This document shows positions 1-10,756 of a stretch of DNA of 64,000 nucleotides, piece by piece. Numbering within the stretch: position 1 is the first letter of the stretch; the number at the start of each line of letters is the position of its first letter. This DNA is from Centroscyllium fabricii (taxonomy: Eukaryota), in the NCBI GenBank assembly GCA_051313645.2, contig JBNRSN020000018.1, positions 81,592,001 to 81,656,000 on the forward strand. Reading direction: 5' to 3'. The position numbers and the translations under genes were made by a program. The notes beneath the pieces were generated by a model. The model was not told the origin of the DNA. It saw only the letters and a list, made by a program, of their open reading frames with translations, and made no database searches.

Positions 1-181
1 CCTCTGGTCAAAGGGATCGAAGGTAGCGGTTGGCAAAATGTTCTTGTTGGATGTAGTCATGTTATTTCTGATTTAAGTCTATAAATGTTTGATTTTCTCT
101 ATTACATGATCTCCTTTATGCATAGAAAGTAAATATACGGAATACTAAGTAATCTACTTTTTACCAATCTCTGTACATATC

Positions 182-1011
182 GAGCTCGAATTTCCAAGCC
201 CCGTGGATGCGGGTTTGGAGGCGGGAGTGGGGGAAAATTGCAGAATTGGGGGCAGGAACCCTTCCCACCCCCAACCTGCTTCCATGCCCGTTTCCCAGGA
301 GGTGGGTACCGGACCTGTGCTGGGACCCGCCTCCCCGAGGCGGGAAGGGGTTAGTGCCAATTAACTGTCTGTTAACAGGCAGTTTTTTGGCCTAATACCT
401 ATTTTTAGCCCTGAAGTGTGAGCTGCCTGACGGCTCCAAACCACGCCAAGTTAGCGAGGCGGATGTCGGGCTGAAGGGCTTGGAGGGTTCGAGATGTCCG
501 ATGTTCTGGTGAGTGATGGGTGCATGAGTGCAGAGGTAAGCGTGTTTGGTGTGTGTGAAGTGTTTAAATAAGTTTTACTTACCTTTACTTACTAATGCAG
601 GCTTCCTTCCTTCAGGTATCGGGAGTCCCTCATCTTACTGGCACAGAAAGCAGAATTGCCGCGAGCAGTCAAAAGCTGCAGCATTCTGCTTTCTGTTCTG
701 GAGAGATTTCTAACTGAGTCTGTGGAGAAGGACTCAAGTTAGAAGTCAGATTGTCAGTGTTTGACAGCTTCACAGAGCTGTCAAACGCTGATATTTCATC
801 TGTCAAAAGCTCGTGACAGATGAAATGTCAATCCCTGACGTCACCTGTAACTGGGTGTCCTTTAATTGGTCTGCTGAGCCCACTGAGCGGGCTCAACAAG
901 GTCAATCAAGGGAAAATTGCGTGGGTTGTCCACAAATTGATGGAGGCGGGACTACAACCCAAAAGGTGGGAGTCCCGCCTCCATCACATCCCCATTGACA
1001 AAATCCAGCCC
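182..1011. mobile_element. Non-autonomous PIF/Harbinger-type element (MITE), copy 1
   Basis: Left end GAGCTCGAATTT is a degenerate match to the right end AAAATCCAGCCC (TIR GGGCTGGATTTT). 3-bp TSD ATC at 179-181 and 1012-1014. Related copy at 47880-48962. Confidence 0.8.
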
Positions 1012-1117
1012 ATCATCTAATTTGGTTTTCCATCTCTGTCCGTGTAGTGTTGTGCAGTTGTTTAATACCTGGGAAATTTATATTTTTTTGTTTCTTTGAC
1101 TTTATCTGTGAGTCATA

Positions 1118-1980
1118 GGCCGAAAAATTCATCAGCGCATGGATTGGGCGCTAAATTTGGCGATGTACTAAAATTTAGCGCCGGCGCAGCCGATATTGGT
1201 GCTAGCACCGGCCTTGATGATTTTGGCGCGAATTCACGCCTTGCACGTCTTCCAGGCGGCCAATATGCTGCTGCTAATGGCCGTTGCCGGGCGCAGCGCT
1301 CCCTCACTAACTGCTTGCTTCCCCATGGCCTCTGCAGCCAATGAGGCCTTAAAGGGGAAGCAGAGCAGCAGCTGTTCTCCGTGCTCTCTGATCAGTTGCC
1401 GCTGGGGGATCGCCCGACCCCCCGATCGGGGGGGTGTTACACTGGAAAGCTGAGGGGGCTCTGACTTCCTGAAGATAAATTGTGGAAGAATGAAAACGGA
1501 ACACAGCGTGATTCCTGACAGAAGACCGCAGATTCGGGGGCCAGCTCTCTGATCAGTTCCCGATCGGGGGGTCGGGCGATCCCTCAGCGGTAACAGATGA
1601 GAGAGCCGGCCCCCTCCCCGCTCTTTCATCAATTGGCCGCTCAGGCTGACTCCCCCCATCAGCTGGCCGCGCTCGGGCCGAAGAGGGAGGGTGGCCCTTT
1701 TAGCAGCGCTGCAGCGGCCACTCAAACCCGCTGCAGCGCTTGCAAAAGCTGGCGCTGATAGTGGGGGGGGGGCGGTGGAAAGGCGCTAAGCCCAATATCG
1801 GGCGTAACCCGCCGGCGGGCATTGCACACGCATTGCCATGACGATTGTTGATCGGCAGACGGCGCAGCACTAACGTTTAGCACTGGCGCTAACCACTAGT
1901 CCAATTTAGCGCCCAGCGCTAATTTGGGCGCTACGTCGGCGCTGACCCATTAGCGCCGATTGGGCGCCAATTTTTCGCCC
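1118..1980. mobile_element. GC-rich non-autonomous PIF/Harbinger-type element
   Basis: TIR GGCCGAAAAATT / AATTTTTCGCCC with 3-bp TSD ATA on both sides. Repeated subterminal GGCGCTAA/TTAGCGCC motifs. Confidence 0.8.
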
Positions 1981-2662
1981 ATAGTGTATTCATTCTGCTT
2001 TGGGGACTATTGCATTCTGATTACCTACATAACTTCAGATCCTAACATTTTCCCAGATGTACTGGGAGGGCTAAAAGTTTGCACTAAGAAATACAAAACT
2101 AAGTTGGAGAGTCAAAAATAAGCGGGGAGCAGTAAAGCTAACGGCAAAGAGTTAAATATAAAATATATGGTTTGGATCACGGCTCTCCTAATTAGCGCAT
2201 TTAAATTCTGTGTATCATGTTCATGGATTGAAATGGCAGCATTGCATCAAGGGAGAATTGGAGTAGACCCAATTATAAAAGTTGGTGTTCCATTACTATA
2301 GTGGTTCACAAATGTTTACCACCAAAAATTTCCTTTTGCAATCCCACTAGTTATGGATAGTGTTTCTAGCAATAGCTGGAGAGGGCTAAAGATGTTGGAT
2401 AAATATTTCCAGCGTTGGGTTCTGGCAGCATACGTCCCTGCCTCATGAAATTTTTACTATTTGATGCATTTTCCATTTTTGAAGTTGCGTTTTCATAGTG
2501 TGCAATTGATGTGCAATTTTTCAAAAAACGTATAATTCAATTTATCTGTGAAGCCCCTTAGGATATTTTATGCGTTAAAGACGCTATGTAAGTATGAGTT
2601 GCTGTTGTTAATTCATATGAGATAGCTTAGTGTTAAAATAAAAGAATATACCTCACTGAGCT

Positions 2663-3055
2663 GGGCGGCACGGTGGCATAGTGGTTAGCACTGTTGCCTT
2701 ACAGCACTGGAGACCCGGGTTCAAATCCAGCCTCAGGTACTATCTGTGTGGAGTTTGCACATTCTCCCCGTGTCTGCGTGGGTTTCCTCCGGGTGCTCCG
2801 GTTTCCTCCCACAGACCAAAGATGTGCAGATTAGGTTGATTGGCCATGATAAATTGACCCTTAGTTATGGGGATTAAATATGTGGGGTTACGGGGATAGG
2901 GTGGGATATGTGTCATTGCAGGCTCAATAGGGATGTGGGGAGAAGGTACGGGCAGGGTGCTGGGTTTGGATGATCAGCCATGATCTCATTGAATGGCGGA
3001 GCAGGCTCGAAGGGCCGAATGGCCTACTCCTGCTCCTATCCTCTATGTTTCTATG
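2663..3055 (+). mobile_element. Full-length tRNA-derived SINE, HE1/V-SINE type
   Basis: Box A (TGGCATAGTGG) and box B (GGTTCAAATCC), central TCTGCGTGGGTTTCCTCCGGGTGCTCCGGTTTCCTCCC domain, CR1-derived tail ending CTATGTTTCTATG. Flanking direct repeat TGAGCTGG. Confidence 0.9.
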
Positions 3056-3097
3056 AGCTGGATAGAAATCAACTATAGTGATAAATCACGTGTACTA

Positions 3098-3401
3098 CAG
3101 GAAACTCTTTTTTTATCCGGGACCGGCGTGGTGCCGGTTGATCAAAAAGTCCGGATTACAGAGAGTTATACTTTCCAAGGTACGAGAGCCCTGTGCAGAA
3201 TCCCCGGTTACACGGCACTTGTGCAGGAGTCCCGGTTACACGGCCACAGATCCAGGAGTCCCTGTTGCATGGCCACAGGTGCAGGAACCCCGGTTGCACG
3301 GCCACTAATATATAGTAAAACTTACCTGAACCTACTCCTAAATTTTGCCGGTTAATTGAGATTTTCGGATATTTAGGTGCCGGTTAAAAGAGAGTTTCCT
3401 G
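3098..3401. mobile_element. Tc1/mariner (pogo/Tigger-like) MITE
   Basis: About 26-bp imperfect TIR CAGGAAACTCT.../...AGAGTTTCCTG with TA on both sides. Internal ~27-bp tandem units (GCAGGAGTCCCGGTTACACGGCCAC-like). Confidence 0.85.
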
Positions 3402-3520
3402 TATAGTAATCTATTGTTAGCAAAATATTTTCCTTACCTCTGATCTGTTCTTGCACATTCCCCATTTATTTTATTGTATTTTTCTTTAATTTGGTTTCAA
3501 TTACTAACACTCTTTCTTTG

Positions 3521-6500
3521 TATTATGTATGTGCCTTTGGGAATTAATACACTGGGTACCACTTAGTATAGGGCAGTAATACTGTAATACCACCCCTGGC
3601 CACAGCTGTATAAAAGGCCAGGAGCGCACTGATTTCGCCAGGTTCCACGTTCTGTAATAGATCAATAAACAAGTTGTTCAGTCAAGTCTGAACTCTTTCC
3701 ATTATTACTAGTTAAATAGTGCGGACATAATATTGGCGACGGGGTTGGATTCATCTACGGGTGCCGAGGAGGAAAAACGAAATTTACAGAAAATGTTTCC
3801 TCCACTTCTCAACATCGACGGTCGTCGAGAGAAGGTACCCTCCCTGCACTCCAGAAGCAGGAGTACAGCCACGATCTAACACACAGAACAGCCAGCACTC
3901 CAACAACAAAGAGTGGCTGGGCACCTGAAGGAACGAACGGTTCTCCAGCAAGGAGGGGAGCTGTGGAAAGACCAACACTCCAACATACAGCGAGTGTTGG
4001 CGCCAGCACTCCAGCAACAGGGAGTGGCATTGCCAGCAGCTGGAACAGGCCTAGCCCCAGCACTCAAACAGCGGTGTCAACGGCGATCCAACAACGGGGA
4101 GTCGGACCGTTCAGAGTGTGAGAGGAGTCGACCCAGGAGATCTGTGTTGCCGTGAAAAAGGGTGGCATCGGAAGACCGCGGGACAGATAAACTGCAACAG
4201 CTACAGCCAGGCATCAGAAACCAGTGAAGCAAAGGCAACCCAGCACCAGGCTGTCGAGGATCAGGCTTGGTCCTCCAGCCACGGACGAAGGATGAGTCCA
4301 AAAAGGCGTGCGCAAATCCTTCCAGTAATCGCGGGAGAGCAATCTCTGCGAGGAAGGAGAAGAAAACGCCTTCTTCGGGCGAGGCAGCGCCAGAAGAAAA
4401 GAAAAAGGGCGGGGAACGCCATCTTCGGGCGGGGCAGCACCGGAACAGAAAGCTAAAGGGCGGGAAAAACGCCATCTTTAGGCGGGGCAGCGCCGGAAGA
4501 GAAGGAAAAAGGGGCGGGAAGAGACGCCATTTTCAACATCATTTTGAACATCATTAACATGACGAAAGCAAATACCTTCGGGGCTTTTCAGCTAGATAAG
4601 GAAGACTGGGAGTCATACCTCGAAAGATTCGACATTTACTGTGAAGTACAAAAAGTCAATGAGGATAACAAAGTTAATGCCCCACTAAATGCTATGGGGA
4701 CAGAAACGTATGGACTATTGAGAACGCTGGTGTCTCCAGACAAGCCAGCAACTGAAACAAATTATTGCTATATTGAAAGATAAGCTGAATCCCAAACCAC
4801 CATTTATTGCGGAACGCTTTAAGTTGTTCAAACGGGATCAACATAAAGGAGAGTCACAGTCGGAATACTTGACAGAATTGAAACGATTAGCCAGAAATTG
4901 CGTATTTGAAGTCGAATTAACAAACTATTTACACGACAGATTTGTGTGTGGGCTTCAAGACGAAGCCACCCAAAAGCGACTGCTAACAAAGAAGGCGCTC
5001 ACACTGGAGCAGGCAGTTGAAATAGCAGCCGCCCATGTGGCTGCGGCTGTGGGGACAGCAGAGATAAGAAATAAAGGATTTGAATTTAACACGCACGAGG
5101 TGACGAATCAAACCGATAGGTGTTACCGTTGTGGCAAGAACACGCACAAGCAGACCAAGTGCTGGTTCCGAAACAAAAGTTGTCGACAGTGTGGCAAAAC
5201 TGGACATATTGCGACAATGTGTAGATCGGGGAACCGAAGTAAAATGGGACTGAAACAACCCAAATTCAGAGAAGATTGAGAGGTACACCAAATGTCCGAG
5301 GACAGCTCGGATGAGGTGGGGGCTTCATCTCCAGTAGAGACAGTGGGACTAGGACGTCTCAGGTCCAACATAGACGACACCATAGACCGCCAGCCTATCT
5401 GTATACCCCTCCAGGTAGCAGGAGTAAATTTGGGTATGGAATTAGACATTGGGTCCGCCCTCTCGTTGATCAGTGAGCAAGACTATACAAGGAGGTTGGG
5501 TCCTATACCCTTGGAAGATGCACCAGTGATCTTCCGAACGTATACTGGGCAAAAGTTTCAAGCAGTGGGTAGGATAACAGTACCGGTACAGTGCGGATTC
5601 AGGAAAGAGACAGGGATGCATCTGTATGTGGTGAGAAATGGGGGAGCTCCACTACTGGGACTAGAGTGGATAAGAAAGACAAAAATCGTTTGGAGCATAA
5701 GACGGGGCATATAAGTCGACGGTGCCCAAGTTGATGTACTCACTACAGCCAAACTGCAGAGGAATCAGAGGGATATTCTGTACCTCGACAAAGAAGTACA
5801 AGACGTCAGGAAACAAATCAAAAAGGTGCAGGACAGACAAACCGTGCTAGATCAACAAAACATCGAAATGCATGAAAATACACGCTCTGCATTTCAGGCT
5901 ACAGAATGTCAACTGTGGCAGGAAAACGATCGCCGGAGGAATGAGTTTGAGGCAAAACTTCTGCAACACAAAGCATTCATCGAACAACAGATACACAGGT
6001 TGCGCCTACAAGTTAACATCACGTTACACCAACAACATGAGATGGATGAGTTACAAAAGGAAACAATCAGTATGAATAAAGATCTGAAAAAGGAAGTGGA
6101 CAGAGTGGAGGCTCTAAGAAAGCACTGAGCCAAATGGACATAAGTAAAAAGGCTACCACTCCATCAGAATTACAATGGTCAAGCGATGCTAGTCCTGGAC
6201 CACCTGTGAAACACAGACAACCGTGAGTGTGAGCAGAGATCACGCCAACCGTGAGTGTGAGCAGAGATCACTGGAAGAAGGAAGAAGAACCTTATATTTT
6301 GATGTTAAAAAGTTATTAGAACGTAACTTGGCAAATTGTAGAAATCGTTAGAATAGATTAAAAAGATGTAAAATGATATAAACTGTATTAAGAAATTATG
6401 GTAGTAACACAAATGGTGAAAGACTGTGCCAGAAAAATTACTGTGTTAACAAAGATAACAAGGAACCTAAATTACCAGAATACTTCGAATGGACACTAAC

Positions 6501-6869
6501 TATAATTGTCTTTAAGGTTACTCCCGTGGTAAGGGTAGATTAGATAAGTCATATCGGAGCATTGGAAAATTGTTGTAGATACTAACTTGAAGCAAACCAT
6601 GTATGTAACTATTGGTTAAATGTGGGAATACTTTGACATGCTTCTTATCGTACACGATAAAATTAAGAAGGAAGGAATGTTATGTATGTGCCTATGGGGA
6701 TTAATACACTGGGTACTACTTTGTATAGGGCTGTAATACCACCCCTGGCCACAGCTGTATAAAAGGCCAGGAGCGCACTGATTTTGCCAGGTTCCACGTT
6801 CTGTAATAGATCAATAAACAAGTTGTTCAGTCAAGTCTGAACTCTTAACATTATTTACTAGTTATAATA
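3521..6869 (+). mobile_element. Non-autonomous Gypsy LTR retrotransposon (Gag-protease-coiled coil, no RT)
   Basis: LTRs at 3521-3732 and 6678-6869, 5-bp TSD CTTTG. PBS TGGCGACGGGGTTGGATTC at 3734 resembles the complement of the tRNA-Ser(GCU) 3' end. PPT AAGAAGGAAGGAA at 6665-6677. Confidence 0.92.
4559..6128 (+). pseudogene. Disrupted gag-protease-coiled-coil ORF of the LTR element
   Basis: Gag N-terminus EDWESYLERF, then IAERFKLFKRDQ and DRFVCGL. Two CCHC knuckles (CYRCGKNTHKQTKC, CRQCGKTGHIATMC) and a protease-like ELDIGSALSLIS. One frameshift near 4770; in-frame stops at 5277 and 5712. Confidence 0.85.
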
Positions 6870-7070
6870 CTTTGTACTAACCATTCCCATTCTTGTTTTA
6901 ATTTCTCTTGTTTACTATTTGTTCACCACACTTGTTTCTATACTTGCCCCCTCAGACACCTACATCAGACACCTGTCAACAATCTTTACTTCTTGTGCAC
7001 CGATCACTTTCCTTCCCGCTCTTTCGATTAGCCATTTATTTTTGTCTGTCACAGTGCAGTGAGCTCCAGG

Positions 7071-8352
7071 TAAATTGTGCTTGACTGATCTTCTGGAATT
7101 TTTTGAGGATGTAACTGGTAAAATAGATAAGGGAAAACCAGCAGATGTTGTGTATTTGGACTTTCAGAAGGCTTTCGATAAGGTCCCTCATAATTATGAG
7201 ATTAGCGTGCAAAATTAAGGCTCATGGGATTGGGGGCAAGTTATTGACTCGAATAGACAACTGGTTGGCAGATAGAAAACAGAGAGTTGGAATAAATGGA
7301 TCGTTTTCCGAGTGGCGGGTAGTGACTAGTGGGGTACCACAAGGATTGGTCCTAGGACCCCAGCTGGTCACAATATGTATCAATGATCTGGACGAGGGAA
7401 TTGGATGTAAAGCTCTAAATTTGCAGATGACACAAAGCTGGGTGGGAGTGTATGCTGTGAGGAGGATGTCGAGAAACTCCAATGCGATTTGGACAGGTTG
7501 GGGGATTGGGCAGATACATGGCAAATGCACTATAATGTGGATAAATGTGAGGTTATCCACTTTGGTGGCAAAAACAGGAGGGCAGATTATTATTTGAATG
7601 GCAATAGATTGGGAGATGGGGAAGTGCAAAGAGACCTGGGTGTTCTTGTGCACCAGTCACTGAAGGTAAGCATGCAGGTGCAACAGGCGGTTAAGAAGGC
7701 AAATGGTATGTTGGCCTTCGGAGCGAGAGGATTCAAATATAAGGACAAGGATGTCTTGCTGCAGCTCGACAGGACTTTGGTGAGACCACACCTCGAGTAT
7801 TGTGTACAGTTTTGGTCGCCTCATCTGAGGAAGGACGTTATTGCCATTGAAGGAGTGCAGCGAAGATTCACCAGGCTGATACCTGGGATGGCAGGAATGA
7901 CGTATGGGGAGAGATTGAGTCGATTGGGCTTATACTCACTGGAGTTCAGACAATTGAGGGGGGGATCTCATCGAAACCTACAAAAATTCTTTCAGGCCTG
8001 GACAGACTGGATGCAGGAAGGATGTTTCCGATGAAAAGGGAGTCCAGAACCAGGGGGCATAGTCTAAGGATAAGGGGAAAGCCATTTAGGACTGAGATGA
8101 GGGTAATTTCTTCTCCCAGAGAGTGGTGAACCTGTGGAATTCTCTGCCACAGAGGGCGGTGGAGGCTGGTTCATTAAATATATTCAATAAGAAATTGGAT
8201 ATATTTCTTCAGGCTGAAGGGATCAAGGCATATGGGGAGAAGGCAAGGACAGGGTACTGAATCTGAAAGATCAGTCATGATCTAATTGAATGGTGGCGCA
8301 GGCTCGAAGGGCCAAATGGCCTACTCCTGCTCCTATCTTCTATGTTTCTATG
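7071..8352 (+). mobile_element. 5'-truncated CR1-clade LINE (RT 3' half plus tail), degraded
   Basis: SGVPQG, RPHLEYCVQFWSP and VQRRFTRLIPG motifs with frameshifts. The 3' tail is identical in type to the HE1 SINE tail. Confidence 0.92.
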
Positions 8353-8437
8353 AGTCGGGAGAGAGAAGGGAGCAGGACAGGAGAGTCAGGAAATAAGGGA
8401 GCAGGACAGGGGAGTCGGGGGAGAGAAGGCAGCAGGA
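8353..8437. repeat. Short purine-rich tandem repeat (~30-bp unit, about 3 copies)
   Basis: GAGTCGGGAGAGAGAAGGGAGCAGGACAGG-like unit repeated directly after the CR1 tail. Confidence 0.6.
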
Positions 8438-9190
8438 TTTGAAATTTGGACAGGAGGTGGCTGCGACCGGTGAGAGGCAGCTGGTCAAAGGTAGTGGCAA
8501 ATTAGGAGCTGGCAGTTATTTTCATATCCCTCAATGTATTCCATGCAATGCCCTGTGTCTCACCATTGGGGCACAGCCCATGTTTTGAGAACCATTACAT
8601 TATGATTGAGGATTTTTACAGATGTAGTTTGCTATATAACATACACCACTCAATATATAACACAAAATGGAGGATGCTCTTTTGGTCGGAAGAAGTAAGC
8701 ATAAAGCAGCAGTTGTTTGTTTTCTTGTTACTGATGGGCTTTCTTGCCTGAGTTTATTAACTTATTTAGGATAGATGCAGTATGTATAGTTCAATTGTAA
8801 AAGTAAAGCATCAAGATAGCAATTCTATCTACAACTGGTGTGGTAATAGTTAAAATGTATACTTTATATCCTGAAAGGGTAAGGAACTAAATTCTTTCAC
8901 TCATTTAATTCATATGTAGATCTGGTTTCCAATATTGATGGCGTTGATATTGAAAACCAGCAACACTTCTGTATAATTGGTTAAAATTCCCTGAGAAAAA
9001 ATTGTTCTGCTTCCATAAATTATTTAACAAAAAAAATCGTAATATTGTGCTCCTAATTGATTTTGATAGATTGCTGTTCCTGCCTTCTCACCATCTCCTG
9101 GTGCTGGTATATGCCGTATGTTACTACTTTGAATAATATTAGGGTTTATTTTGCATACTCTTTCTAAGTTACTTTTTTCTTTCCCGACAG

Positions 9191-9334
9191 CGAGACCGTC
9201 CATCTCCTCCAATCAACCTGCCACAGACAGATGAGGAGGAAGATGGAGAGAAGAGCTGTGGGCCAGCAAGACTATGGGAAGCTTTCACTCCCTGTAATGG
9301 CTGCCGACCACTTGGTTTCCCAATTTTAACACAG
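9191..9334 (+). CDS. ANKS1B: Internal coding exon of ANKS1B (AIDA-1/EB-1), region C-terminal to the ankyrin repeats
   Basis: Polypyrimidine acceptor TTTTTTCTTTCCCGACAG, 144 bp in phase 0/0, donor CAG|GTTGAC. Translation RDRPSPPINLPQTDEEEDGEKSCGPARLWEAFTPCNGCRPLGFPILTQ matches recalled human ANKS1B INLSPGEVEEEDDDENTCGPSGLWEALTPCNGCRNLGFPMLAQ. Confidence 0.88.
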
Positions 9335-9799
9335 GTTGACATTTTTACTTTCTGTATGATACTTTCCTGCTGGAATAACATATCCATCAAATAGATAGCT
9401 GTTCTAGTTAAAGAAGCTCTTTGTTCATAAGTAACAGTCCAGATAGGAATATTCTGAGTTCAAAACAGAAGGAGTTTAATTTTGAATGAATTTAACACAT
9501 TGCAGTTAAGTTTCAAAAAGATTAGTCTCATGCATCTGGGAGTCATGCATACTGATGTGTTCTCCTGTGCAAACTAGGAGTAGTTTTGCAGCAATGACCT
9601 TATTCTCTTTAAATGTTGCTGCATCTGATGGTGCGCGATCTAGGATCGCGCACCATCAAACGCCGGTCACCACCAAATCCACCTAACTCCACCCCCATAA
9701 CATCCATCACCTGCCTCCAACCCTACCCCACCCATGCACTTGTCCCCTCTCCTCACCAGCCTCCTCCAACTATGCCCCTTCACAGCCTGCATCCTATCC

Positions 9800-10305
9800 T
9801 GTATAAAGTTCCCCATATCCATCACCCCTGTCCTCATTCACCTCCTCCACCTGCTCCTCAACCCCAGCATGTTGATTTTAAAATCCTATTCTTTGTCTAT
9901 AAAGCTTTACATGGCATTTCCTCACATTACCTTTGCAACTTTTTCCAGCCCTGTGTCCCAGTCATGCCTCCACTCTCTTGACTCTGGTCTACTGTGCATT
10001 TCCTCCTACCCTCCTGCTCCACCATTAGTGGCAAAAACTTGCAGCTGTCACACCCTTAAGCTCTATCTTCTTCCTGCACCCCCCCCCCCCCACCCCCACC
10101 CCCGACCTCCATTTCTCACTACATCTCTCTGCCCTTTCAAATGTCTCCCCGAAAGTTATCTTCCACCACACATTAGTGACCTCCCCCAACTCTGCCCTAA
10201 TTCTTGTGCAGTATCCGTGCCACCCCCAATCCCCGCATCCATCCCCATGAGGTGTTTGGGATATGTTGCCATGTTAAGGCCACCATATAATTCCAAGTTA
10301 TTATT
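9800..10305 (+). mobile_element. Old degraded L2-like LINE 3' end
   Basis: FKILFFVYKALHG motif typical of the L2 ORF2 C-terminus. Resembles the better copy at 49890-50365. Confidence 0.6.
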
Positions 10306-10371
10306 TTATCGTTTCTAACCTGGTGTGAAATTTTCTAAAATCCTGCTGCACTGAATATACTGGCCTTAGTA

Positions 10372-10756
10372 CAGGTTGAGCACCGTTAATCCGTTGCCCG
10401 AAAAACCGGCAGCTTCAGACGTCCGGCAACGATTTCCCCGACTGCCCTGCGCATGTGCAAAATGACTGCCGCGCGTGGCTGCGCATGCCCAGGCCTCTCC
10501 GACAGGTCTGCGCATGCGCAACATGGCTGCTGCGCTTGGCTGTGCATGCCAGGGCCTCCCCGAACGATTGCTGCTTTGGCGAATGATTTGCGCATGCGCC
10601 ACTGAATGGCGAGCGCATGCGCAGACCATTCAAAATTCCGCAGTGGCCATTTTAAATGATCTGCACATGCGCCGCCGGCGCTTCAATCAATCGGCATTTT
10701 CAACAATTCGGCAATGTGCTGGTCTCGACCCTGCCGGATTAACGCTGCTCAACCTG
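10372..10756. mobile_element. Tigger-like MITE rich in GCGCATGCGC motifs, copy 1
   Basis: TIR CAGGTTGAGCACCGTTAATCCG / CGGATTAACGCTGCTCAACCTG, with TA on the left and TG on the right. Second copy at 47341-47654. Confidence 0.88.

Noticed and set aside
2663-2735. tRNA-like sequence with A and B boxes (also at 46133, 60385 and 62260)
   Set aside because: These are SINE heads continuing into SINE bodies, not tRNA genes.
9070-9115. Possible micro-exon (AG|ATTGCTGTTCCTGCC...|GT) just upstream of the ANKS1B exon
   Set aside because: Weak acceptor, non-triplet lengths to either GT, and no recognisable ANKS1B similarity.
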